From Clostridium thermobutyricum (GTDB lineage Bacteria; Bacillota; Clostridia; Ch29), in the NCBI GenBank assembly GCA_016841565.1, contig JAENYX010000011.1, forward strand, positions 7,549-71,548: DNA of 64,000 nt, in the 5' to 3' direction. This document shows, one piece after another, positions 56,402-64,000 of the stretch. Each line of letters begins with the position of its first letter. Position 1 is the first letter of the stretch. The notes beneath the pieces are model-generated. The model worked only from the letters and a program-made list of their open reading frames with translations, did not search any database and was not told the DNA's origin. Made by a program: the position numbers and the translations under genes.

Positions 56402-56425
56402 AAAAAACGGGGTTATCCCCGTTTT
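56402..56425 (-). terminator. Intrinsic terminator upstream of ctsR promoter
   Basis: AAAACGGGG-ATAA-CCCCGTTTTTT. Confidence 0.75.
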
Positions 56426-56462
56426 GGCTGAAGCAAAATCCTCATAATCCACATTCTGATGC

Positions 56463-56667
56463 TGGCTTCATGAAACGGCAGCGCATGCTTTAAATGGTTT
56501 AGTAAGGAAACCAGCCCAAGCTTTGCAGAAAATCCGTAGGCTTGGCAGGACGCCAAGCCAGGCTTTTGGCGCCTTGGAGGGCGCATAAAATGCGTTAGGA
56601 TTTTCAAGAAGCAAGGCATAAGTTTCCTCTAAAGCATTATCAGCATAAGCGGGTATTCATGAAGCCA
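56463..56667. mobile_element. 205-bp cruciform MITE-like element
   Basis: Perfect 12-bp terminal IR TGGCTTCATGAA, nested imperfect IRs, two apical hairpins; single copy in window. Confidence 0.6.
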
Positions 56668-56694
56668 TATATTTATTTAAGCTCTAAAGTGGAA

Positions 56695-56886
56695 TTATCT
56701 CCTTTTTTCCTTTGTTATATTGTATATGCGGTCGGCGCTTTTTATCTGCTCCTCAAAACTGGCCCACCCGTGAAACGTTGACACGAATTCTCCATAAGCA
56801 GTCTTATCAATCAGTCCATCCTCTTCTTCAGAATCCCTGTCGGGCATTTCCACTCTGTTGCCTCTTCTATTTTTGTTATTTTCCAT
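56695..56886 (-). CDS. Small hypothetical protein (63 aa)
   Basis: Strong GGAGGTGA RBS, bracketed by terminators. Confidence 0.7.
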   Translation of the reverse strand: MENNKNRRGNRVEMPDRDSEEEDGLIDKTAYGEFVSTFHGWASFEEQIKSADRIYNITKEKRR

Positions 56887-56953
56887 GAATATCACCTCCG
56901 GTTGTAAACAGTTCCTTATTTTATTGTTTATTCAAAAGGCAAAGTTTATCCGA

Positions 56954-57002
56954 GGAAATAAAAAGAACCGGGACATTTTACATCCCGGTTCTTTTTATTT
57001 CC
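56954..57002 (-). terminator. Intrinsic terminator after EF-G2
   Basis: 20-bp perfect inverted repeat including T-run. Confidence 0.8.
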
Positions 57003-57007
57003 CTTCG

Positions 57008-59077
57008 CTATTCTTCTTTTTGAGATTCTGCTATTACTTTCTCGGTAACCATAGGAGGAGCTTCTTCGTATCTTTCAAACTTCATCGTAAAACTGCCCCT
57101 TGCCTGGGTCATAGACCTTAAATCTGTAGCATATTTGAACATTTCGGCCAGAGGAGCCTCAGCTATAACCAATTGTTTCCCTTCCCTGGGTTCCATGCCA
57201 AGTATTCTCCCGCGTTTTTTGTTTATGTCTCCTATTACATCTCCCATATAATCCTCGGGCACTGTAATCTCCAGCCTCATAATAGGCTCAAGAAGTACCG
57301 GATTGGAATCCTTCATGCCTTTTTTGTAGGAAAGGTTTGCTGCTATTTTAAAGGACATCTCATCCGAATCAACGTTGTGGAAAGAACCGTCGTACAGGGT
57401 TGCTCTAACGCCTACAACCGGATATCCGGCCAGTACCCCTTCTTTGACTGCTTCCCTGAGGCCTTTCTCAACTGCGGGTATAAACTGCCTCGGCACAACT
57501 CCGCCTACTATTTTATCAACAAATTCAATGTCAACATTAAGGTCATGAAGCGACTCGAATTCTATCCACACATGGCCGTACTGTCCCCGGCCTCCCGACT
57601 GCTTTTTATGCTTTCCTTCAGCCTTGGCTGTCCCTTTAATGGTTTCCCTGTAAGGAAGCTTCGGGTCCTTCAACTCCACCTCCACGCCGAACTTGCTGGA
57701 AAGCTTTCTTGTTATTACCTCTATATGAACTTCTCCCTGTCCTGAAACCAGAAGGTCCCCGGTTTCAGAGTTCTTCTCAGCCAGGAAGGTGGGGTCTTCC
57801 TCAAGCAACCGATGCAGCCCCCCGCTTATTTTTTCTTCGTCTCCCTTTGCTTTGGGAACTATAGCCATAGATATGCTGGGCTCGGGGAATTGAATAGGGG
57901 AGTATATAAAATCAGACTTTCCTTCGGCCAGGGTATCCCCCGTTACCGTATTCTGCAATTTTGCGACCGCTACTATATCTCCTGCCACAACCTTATCCAC
58001 ATTTATCTGCTTCTTGCCTCTCATAAGGAATATATTCCCAAACTTTTCCTTCTCTCCCTTGCTTGCATTGAACAGGGGAGTCTCGGCAGAAAAACTGCCG
58101 CTTATAACCTTGAATATTGAGATCTTCCCAACATAGGGGTCGACTACTGTTTTAAACACCTGAGCTGTAAAGGGCCCTTCGGGCGTCAGCTTTTTATCAA
58201 TTTGTCCGCCGTCTTTGTCCTGGGCATGTACCTCTGCACCATCCATGGGAGAAGGCAGGTAGTCGGCCATGGTATCCATAAGGGTCTCTACTCCGATATT
58301 TAAATCGGCCGAACCACACAGCACAGGTACTATTTTACCGCTTAAGACTCCTTTTCTTAATCCCTCCCGAATTTCTTCCTCGGTAAATGCCTCTCCTTCG
58401 AAGAATTTTTCCATGAGCCGGTCATCGGTCTCGGCGACTGCTTCCATTACCATTTCCCTTATGGGCGCAATCCGGTCATTATACTCATCGGGAATATCGG
58501 TTTCTTTGTATTCTTTCCCCTTGTATTCCCTGGCTTTCATATCAACAACATTTATTATGCCTTTAAAGCTTTCCCCCGCACCTATAGGTACCTGAAAAGG
58601 AGCTATGCTAACGCCGAACATTTCCCGTAGTTTCTCAACAACCTTGAAGAAATCGGCGTTCTCCCGGTTCATTTTATTGACAAACAGTATCCTGGGCATA
58701 TTTCTTTTACTGGTATACTCCCAGCCCTTTTCAGTGCCCACCTCAACGCCCGACGAAGCGTCTACCAATAAGACTGCTCCTTCTGCCACTCTGAGACTTG
58801 AGAAAACTTCCCCCACAAAATCGAAGTACCCCGGAGTATCTAATATGTTAATTTTATCGTTCTTCCACTCTACCGGTAATACCGAAGCACTAATCGAAAT
58901 CTGCCTTTTTGTTTCCTCAGGGTCAAAATCCGAAACGGTAGTGCCTTCCTCTATTCTCCCTATTCTTTCGATTGCTTTTCCATTATATAGCATGGCTTCG
59001 GCCAGGGTGGTCTTCCCGCTTCCCCCGTGACCAATAAGTACTACGTTTCTTATTCTATCGGTTTGATACTCTTTCAT
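57008..59077 (-). CDS. fusA2: Elongation factor G paralogue (EF-G2-type)
   Basis: [35 protein letters not shown]; full EF-G length. Confidence 0.93.
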   Translation of the reverse strand: MKEYQTDRIRNVVLIGHGGSGKTTLAEAMLYNGKAIERIGRIEEGTTVSDFDPEETKRQISISASVLPVEWKNDKINILDTPGYFDFVGEVFSSLRVAEGAVLLVDASSGVEVGTEKGWEYTSKRNMPRILFVNKMNRENADFFKVVEKLREMFGVSIAPFQVPIGAGESFKGIINVVDMKAREYKGKEYKETDIPDEYNDRIAPIREMVMEAVAETDDRLMEKFFEGEAFTEEEIREGLRKGVLSGKIVPVLCGSADLNIGVETLMDTMADYLPSPMDGAEVHAQDKDGGQIDKKLTPEGPFTAQVFKTVVDPYVGKISIFKVISGSFSAETPLFNASKGEKEKFGNIFLMRGKKQINVDKVVAGDIVAVAKLQNTVTGDTLAEGKSDFIYSPIQFPEPSISMAIVPKAKGDEEKISGGLHRLLEEDPTFLAEKNSETGDLLVSGQGEVHIEVITRKLSSKFGVEVELKDPKLPYRETIKGTAKAEGKHKKQSGGRGQYGHVWIEFESLHDLNVDIEFVDKIVGGVVPRQFIPAVEKGLREAVKEGVLAGYPVVGVRATLYDGSFHNVDSDEMSFKIAANLSYKKGMKDSNPVLLEPIMRLEITVPEDYMGDVIGDINKKRGRILGMEPREGKQLVIAEAPLAEMFKYATDLRSMTQARGSFTMKFERYEEAPPMVTEKVIAESQKEE

Positions 59078-59118
59078 TAATTCTCCCCCTTGTTTCTGCA
59101 ATAGTTTAACATATTATT

Positions 59119-59145
59119 ATTCTATTAAAGCATATAAAATCCTTT
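59119..59145 (-). promoter_or_regulatory. Putative SigH promoter of EF-G2
   Basis: AAAGGATTT-N11-ATAGAAT fits RNAGGAWWW-N11/12-RNNGAAT. Confidence 0.6.
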
Positions 59146-59338
59146 TAATTTTATCACATTTTTATATGCTTTAAAATTGGTTCCATATCATTAGTATTTT
59201 TCCTTATTATGCTATATATATTCCTGGATACAAAAAATAAAAGCTTTGCAATAAAAGTGGAAGGCTTGTTGAAATATTTTATATCTCCGCATTGTATGAT
59301 ATAATTTACTAAAACAGACCATATTGGAGGGATTTATT

Positions 59339-60421
59339 ATGAAACTGCCCTTTAGAAAGACGCTGGAAAACATAACGGCGTACAAGCCCGGAAAGCCAAT
59401 AGAAGATGTACAAAGGGAATATGGACTTGAAAAAGTGGACAAACTGGCATCCAATGAAAATCCTCTTAATTGCTCTCCCCTGGCCATACAAGCAGTCAGA
59501 GAAGCAGCTGTCAATATGTCCATATATCCTGATGGAAACTCAACCGAGTTAAAAAAAGCCATTGCTGATTTTTATGGTGTCAGTGAAACTGAAATTATGC
59601 CCACCAGCGGCTCGGATGAAATGGTAAGCATGCTGGCAGAGGCTTTCCTGGACCCCGGCGATGAAACCATAATGCCGGATATAACCTTTACCAGCTACAT
59701 AATTGCAGCCAGGATGGTGGACTCTAAAGTTGTAATAGTACCCCTTAAGAGCTTTAAGCTTGACCTTGACGGCATGGCAGCGGCCATAACCGACAAGACC
59801 AAACTTATTTGGCTGTGCAATCCCAACAATCCCACCGGTACCATGTTCACCGAAGATGAACTGACAGCCTTTATGTCAAAGGTGCCTGAGAACGTAGTGG
59901 TAGTATATGACGAAGCCTATGTCGAATTTGTAACCAGCCCGGATTACCCCAAAGACAGCTATAAATTGTACCAAAAGTATCCCAATATGATAGTCATGAG
60001 AACCTTTTCAAAGGTATACGGTTTGGCCGGTCTCCGGGTGGGATACAGCTTTGCCGGCCGGGATATAATGGAGAACATTAACAAGATAAGAAAAGCCTTT
60101 AATGTGAACAGGCTTGCCCAGGCCGCCGCCATTGCCGCACTTAAGGACCAGGAGTTTGTAAAAAAAGTCTATGCAGTTAACAAGGAAGGCAAGGAATATT
60201 ATTATAAGTGCTTTGAGAAAATGGGCCTTGAATATGTTCCGACCCAGGCAAACTATATTTTCCTGGATGCGGGAATGGATTGCAACAAGGTTTTTGTTGA
60301 TATGCAAAAACGAGGCGTCATAATAAGACCCATTAAAGGAAATTTTATAAGGATTACAATCGGAACGATGGAACAGAACCAAAGATGTATTTCTCAGCTT
60401 AAGGATGTCCTGGGAAAATAG
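59339..60421 (+). CDS. hisC: Histidinol-phosphate aminotransferase family protein
   Basis: KLASNENP; CNPNNPTG; DEAY; RTFSKVYGLAGLRVGY; stand-alone. Confidence 0.92.
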   Translation: MKLPFRKTLENITAYKPGKPIEDVQREYGLEKVDKLASNENPLNCSPLAIQAVREAAVNMSIYPDGNSTELKKAIADFYGVSETEIMPTSGSDEMVSMLAEAFLDPGDETIMPDITFTSYIIAARMVDSKVVIVPLKSFKLDLDGMAAAITDKTKLIWLCNPNNPTGTMFTEDELTAFMSKVPENVVVVYDEAYVEFVTSPDYPKDSYKLYQKYPNMIVMRTFSKVYGLAGLRVGYSFAGRDIMENINKIRKAFNVNRLAQAAAIAALKDQEFVKKVYAVNKEGKEYYYKCFEKMGLEYVPTQANYIFLDAGMDCNKVFVDMQKRGVIIRPIKGNFIRITIGTMEQNQRCISQLKDVLGK

Positions 60422-60428
60422 CTCTAAA

Positions 60429-60475
60429 ACAAATAAAAAGCAGCAGGCCGCGACAGCCTGCTGCTTTTTATTTGT
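60429..60475. terminator. Bidirectional terminator
   Basis: ACAAATAAAAAGCAGCAGGC / GCCTGCTGCTTTTTATTTGT between convergent genes. Confidence 0.85.
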
Positions 60476-60815
60476 CCTCAATTTCCGCCTTTAATAATTC
60501 CCGAGCCTGCTCCACTTTCGATTTGGGGACATACAGGTCCACCCCCGAAGCCTTGCCGGTATATACTTTCTGCAATATACCCATCCTCTTATATGTTTTC
60601 ACAACGGGAATTTCTGCCGTTTCCAGCAGTGCAATTACTATATCGGCCTCGGTTTCATTGAAAAGATATACAAGGAATTCCCAATCCCCGCCCTCCTCGG
60701 CCCCTTCTTTCCGGTCCCGGCCGTCGGGGCATTGCTCCACCAGTGCCTGGCCGCAATCGGAGCATATATGAAAGCCTTCCCTATACTCGGTCTTACATTT
60801 GGGACACCATGGCAT
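60468..60815 (-). CDS. Zinc-ribbon plus DUF2007-like protein
   Basis: MPWCPKCKTEYREG..CSDCG; EADIVIALLETAEIP; LYVP..EQARELL; GGAGG RBS. Confidence 0.8.
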   Translation of the reverse strand: MPWCPKCKTEYREGFHICSDCGQALVEQCPDGRDRKEGAEEGGDWEFLVYLFNETEADIVIALLETAEIPVVKTYKRMGILQKVYTGKASGVDLYVPKSKVEQARELLKAEIEDK

Positions 60816-60919
60816 ATGATTTCCTCCCTTCGGGTAGATTCTGCGTGTTTGCCCGATATAATATATATCCAAGTATTAATATTACTCACCCTTCCCGGTA
60901 CCATGGTAACGTCTGTTTC

Positions 60920-61768
60920 CTACTTCGGGCAGAAGCAAACACCTATCAATCCGGGTCCGGTATGAACGCCCATAACAGGTCCTATCTGTCCCATAAACAC
61001 ATCGGCTGTGTTCACCTGGTTCCTGATTCTGGCCAGAAGCTCCTGGGCTTCTTTTGGAGCCGCTCCGTGCATTACCGCCAGGCGCACTTTTTTATCCCCT
61101 ATTAAATTCTTCACAATCTCAGCCACTTTATTCAGAGACCTTTTGCGTCCCCTGGCCTTGGCGGTGGTATAATAAATACCTTCATGGTTTATGGAGATTA
61201 TGGGCTTAATGTCAAGAAGCTCTCCGACAGTACCTTCCACCAAACCTATACGACCGCCTTTCTTAAGATATTCCAGAGTTTTCAGGACAAAGAAAACCTT
61301 TATCTCTTTCCTGAAAACATTTACTCTATCTACAATTTCACTAATGGAAAGATTCTGCTTTATGAGTTCTCCGGCCTTCATTACCAGGAAGCCCAATCCC
61401 AGGGATAAAGCTTTTGAATCAACAACATGAAGGGAAAGCCCCAGCTGAGCAACCTTTTCCTTCAAACTCTCCATCATTGAAAGAGTTCCGCTTAAACCTC
61501 CGGATATATGAATGGCAAGCACATCAGTATAGCCTTCGGTTTTCAGCCTGTCAATAAGTTCAAGAGTATGCCCAGAAGAGGGCAGCGATGTCTTTGGAGT
61601 TTCCTGTGCAATAGTCTGGTAAACTTCCTCGGGGGTTATTTCAACTCCGTCCCAATACTCCCGGTCCTTGTATACAACGCGCAAGGGTATGACATTTACG
61701 TTGTACCTTTCTACTATTTCGGCAGGCAAGTCACATGTACTGTCGGTCAACAAGGCAATCCTTCCCAT
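60920..61768 (-). CDS. degV: DegV/FakB-family fatty-acid-binding protein
   Basis: LTDSTCDL; KTSLPS; ISGGLSGT; YLKKGGRIG; HTGPG. Confidence 0.94.
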   Translation of the reverse strand: MGRIALLTDSTCDLPAEIVERYNVNVIPLRVVYKDREYWDGVEITPEEVYQTIAQETPKTSLPSSGHTLELIDRLKTEGYTDVLAIHISGGLSGTLSMMESLKEKVAQLGLSLHVVDSKALSLGLGFLVMKAGELIKQNLSISEIVDRVNVFRKEIKVFFVLKTLEYLKKGGRIGLVEGTVGELLDIKPIISINHEGIYYTTAKARGRKRSLNKVAEIVKNLIGDKKVRLAVMHGAAPKEAQELLARIRNQVNTADVFMGQIGPVMGVHTGPGLIGVCFCPK

Positions 61769-61844
61769 TTTATCTCCCCCTAATCCATCCACAGCAAGCA
61801 GCACTGCAAAAAATTTTTCTGCTCTACGAGCCATAATTACAGGT

Positions 61845-62031
61845 TATATACAATGCATTTAAAACTTTACATCTCCTGGTGTGTCATCCTGAGCGAAGCG
61901 AAGGATCTTGCGATAGCTAACTGTCTATCTTTGAGGCAGCTTCTTCGGGCTTTGCCCTCAGAATGACAGGGGACTACGCTTCTCCGGAATGGCAGGTAAA
62001 GGAATGTAATATTATTAGTGCGTTGTACATA
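61845..62031 (+). mobile_element. TATA-ended MITE-like element, copy C
   Basis: TATATACAATGCATTTAAAACTTTACATCTC...GAATGTAATATTATTAGTGCGTTGTACATA; extra degenerate right REP half. Confidence 0.8.
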
Positions 62032-62111
62032 GTTCATATTTCTACTAATATTTGCAGATTCCTTTATTTCCATGCTTTTTTCGGCTTAGGCTTCCACTTG
62101 ACCATACCGCT

Positions 62112-62140
62112 GCATACTATCCGCCTTTTGACTAATACTA
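62112..62140 (+). promoter_or_regulatory. Putative SigG (forespore) promoter
   Basis: GCATA-N17-AATACTA upstream of an SASP gene. Confidence 0.55.
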
Positions 62141-62178
62141 TTAAAGATAATATTTACTATTGCATGGGAGGTGCTGCG

Positions 62179-62367
62179 ATGCGTGCCCAAAGAGCAGCGG
62201 AAATTGTAAAATCTCCGCATAATATTGAGGTTGTGTACAACAATACGCCCATTTGGATTGACAGCGTTGATGAGGTCAGGGAAACTGCAAGTGTAAGGCT
62301 TATAGAAACCAACAGCTGTATTGAGGTCTCGGTTAATGAATTGAACGAAACGGGAAAGCTAATATGA
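62179..62367 (+). CDS. sspH: H-type small acid-soluble spore protein
   Basis: MRAQRAAEIVKSP..IEVVYNNTPIWIDSVD...VSVNELNE; GGGAGG RBS. Confidence 0.88.
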   Translation: MRAQRAAEIVKSPHNIEVVYNNTPIWIDSVDEVRETASVRLIETNSCIEVSVNELNETGKLI

Positions 62368-63087
62368 CTGTAACAGTATAACGAAAATAATACCTGCCAC
62401 TAATGGAAATACCGTACTGTGGTTTGTAAGCTTCCTGGAGGAGGATGGTATAAGCTCGTCGGCACAAATGAAAATCATTAGTCCTGCCGTTACAGCTATT
62501 ACAAATCCCAGGAATTCAAAGGTAATATTCCGGAATAAATAATAAGCGGCCACAAACCCAAGCAGTATTGGAATAGCAGTGGAAGAGGAAACCAAGAAAG
62601 CTCTGAGCCTGTTTTGAGTACAGTGGTAATATGGTGCTGCCGTGCATATGCCCTCCGGAATATTATGGATGGCTATTGCCAGTGCAATTACTATACTAAC
62701 CTTGGTGTCTGTAACGGTACCCAGGGCCAGAGCCATGCCCTCGGGAAAATTGTGCAGAAATATTCCCAAAACAAGATAAATGGATGTCCTTTGCAAATTG
62801 TTCCCATTTATATCCCCACAAAGGTCGGGGTGGATGTGAGGAATCAGCTTATCGATTGAATGCATAATAAGAGAGCCCACTATCAACCCTGCTATGCAGG
62901 TTAATTCGGAAGAAAGCTCTATGCTTTCCGGAATAAGCTCAAGAAACGATATGCTCAGCATAACACCGGCAGCAAAGGACAGCATCATATACATAAAGCC
63001 CTCGGAAGGCTTTCTGATTATTCCTATCAACGAACCAAGCACAGGTGCTACTGTGGAGACTGCTACTATAAAAAAAATGTTGTTCAT
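62359..63087 (-). CDS. ZIP-family (ZupT/GufA) metal transporter
   Basis: FAAGVML; HNFPEG; HNIPEG; ADELIP. Confidence 0.92.
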   Translation of the reverse strand: MNNIFFIVAVSTVAPVLGSLIGIIRKPSEGFMYMMLSFAAGVMLSISFLELIPESIELSSELTCIAGLIVGSLIMHSIDKLIPHIHPDLCGDINGNNLQRTSIYLVLGIFLHNFPEGMALALGTVTDTKVSIVIALAIAIHNIPEGICTAAPYYHCTQNRLRAFLVSSSTAIPILLGFVAAYYLFRNITFEFLGFVIAVTAGLMIFICADELIPSSSRKLTNHSTVFPLVAGIIFVILLQSY

Positions 63088-63107
63088 GATGATTGCCCCT
63101 TTATTGA

Positions 63108-63173
63108 CAAATAATGTATAATTGATAATAGATATCATTATCAATTATACATTATTTGCCGGGCTTGTGTCAA
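63108..63173 (-). promoter_or_regulatory. Sigma-A promoter with overlapping Fur-like box in a 51-bp palindrome
   Basis: TTGACA-N18-TATAAT; GATAATGATATCTATTATC is 16/19 to GATAATGATAATCATTATC. Confidence 0.75.
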
Positions 63174-63249
63174 TGAACCTTTGACCCGCCGAGCCTGCAT
63201 AAGTAGGGGCAGAAGCCGGTGCACCCGGCGGTAGCGGCATCACGTACCC

Positions 63250-63750
63250 TTACTGCTTCCTTTCCAAGGTGTCCTTTATTATCTGCCACTGCTTTAGCCT
63301 TTCCTCCCACCTGACTACGTTGGCAGGGCTTGTTGACCCCAGTTTTGTGTAAGTAAGCCCATTGTATTTAAATCCTGTCTTTTTTCTGAAGGTTTCATAG
63401 GCTTTGGTTCCATTGAAAAAAACATGCCCTATGCCGGGATACTCGGAAAACAATCCGTCGAAATCATTGACCTTTTCATTTACAATATTCGAATCCATGC
63501 TTCCCTCCCTGGAGCACGTTTTAATAACGTCCCAAAGAGCTATATGCTTTTTTTTAAGAAACCCCACCTTTTTGTCATACTCCACATCCGGCTGCTCACC
63601 ATACAGGGAATAGAGTATATTCCAGAACTGGTTTCTGGGATGACCATAATACTCCCCTTTTCTTAGGGATTCGCCGCCGGGCATTGAGCCCAGGATTATA
63701 ATACGGGACTCCTTATCAACAATTGGAGGAAAACATTTAATTATTGGCAG
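63250..63750 (-). CDS. Hypoxanthine-DNA (deoxyinosine) glycosylase, UDG superfamily
   Basis: ILGSMPG..SL..YYGHPRNQFW; LWDV; FFNG; STSPAN; coding frame extends 66 nt upstream of the tracked ATG to a CTG. Confidence 0.85.
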   Translation of the reverse strand: MPIIKCFPPIVDKESRIIILGSMPGGESLRKGEYYGHPRNQFWNILYSLYGEQPDVEYDKKVGFLKKKHIALWDVIKTCSREGSMDSNIVNEKVNDFDGLFSEYPGIGHVFFNGTKAYETFRKKTGFKYNGLTYTKLGSTSPANVVRWEERLKQWQIIKDTLERKQ

Positions 63751-64000
63751 TTTATCTCACTCCCGGTTTCCGGACGTCTTTGGTTTAAATATACAAAGAA
63801 CGATGGCACTGAGGATAACACCATACCCAGCACCACCATCAATCCAAATAAATAATAAATGTTGGCTGATTGAAATCCGCCGGGATAATAGTACCGGACA
63901 AGCGGAATGGCGGCAGGTATTGCTATCGCAATCCATCCGTTTTTATTCCCGCAATCAAGGTCAATTACCTGCCCGGGCTTGATATCCAATATTAGCTTAC
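63741..64000 (-). CDS. Membrane protein, C-terminal fragment (runs off window)
   Basis: Frame open to window edge; two hydrophobic segments; family not recognised. Confidence 0.55.
   Translation of the reverse strand, partial: KLILDIKPGQVIDLDCGNKNGWIAIAIPAAIPLVRYYYPGGFQSANIYYLFGLMVVLGMVLSSVPSFFVYLNQRRPETGSEINCQ

Noticed and set aside
56413-56619. 68-aa ORF
   Set aside because: Lies within the cruciform repeat and terminator.
456-59562. Numerous plus-strand ORFs of 60-271 aa opposite the housekeeping genes
   Set aside because: Antisense shadows of conserved minus-strand genes; no RBS or recognisable motifs.
61867-62073. 68-aa ORF (CHSEG...RSFASLRMT)
   Set aside because: Translation of the REP-containing MITE copy C.
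63202-63229. GTAG-tagged REP-like sequence GTAGGGGCAGAAGCCGGTGCACCC
   Set aside because: Single degenerate copy with a weak stem; not supportable.
1-64000. CRISPR array, prophage, defence island or autonomous transposase
   Set aside because: No regularly spaced direct repeats with unique spacers and no such genes among the ORFs.

Overview
Core-genome window of a spore-forming Clostridia-type Firmicute, almost entirely on the minus strand. In transcription order (right to left): a short accessory tail (partial membrane protein, hypoxanthine-DNA glycosylase, ZIP metal transporter, sspH, degV, DUF2007-like, hisC), a second EF-G, ctsR-mcsA-mcsB-clpC-radA (no disA), a complete V/A-type ATPase operon inserted before carD, then yacL-ispD-ispF-gltX-cysS-mrnC-thyX-rlmB-rae1-sigH, tRNA-Thr-tuf-rpmG-secE-nusG-rplKAJL-rpoBC-L7Ae-rpsLG-fusA-tuf and the S10-spc-alpha ribosomal cluster to the start of rpsM. 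I found no CRISPR array, prophage, autonomous transposon or new multi-gene system. The unexplained signal is mostly non-coding: (1) three copies of a TATA-ended MITE-like element carrying modular TGTC-tagged REP-like palindromes; (2) three copies of a fixed-architecture 98-bp heptamer-repeat hairpin abutting stop codons or an RBS; (3) a 205-bp cruciform element; (4) a REP-like cluster in the gltX leader; (5) a 51-bp palindrome around a Fur-like box. Protein-level oddities: an NKxD-to-NKxN change in the second EF-G, two apparently identical tuf cassettes, and a probable CTG start codon. Start codons were adjusted by eye using RBS position; no database searches were run.
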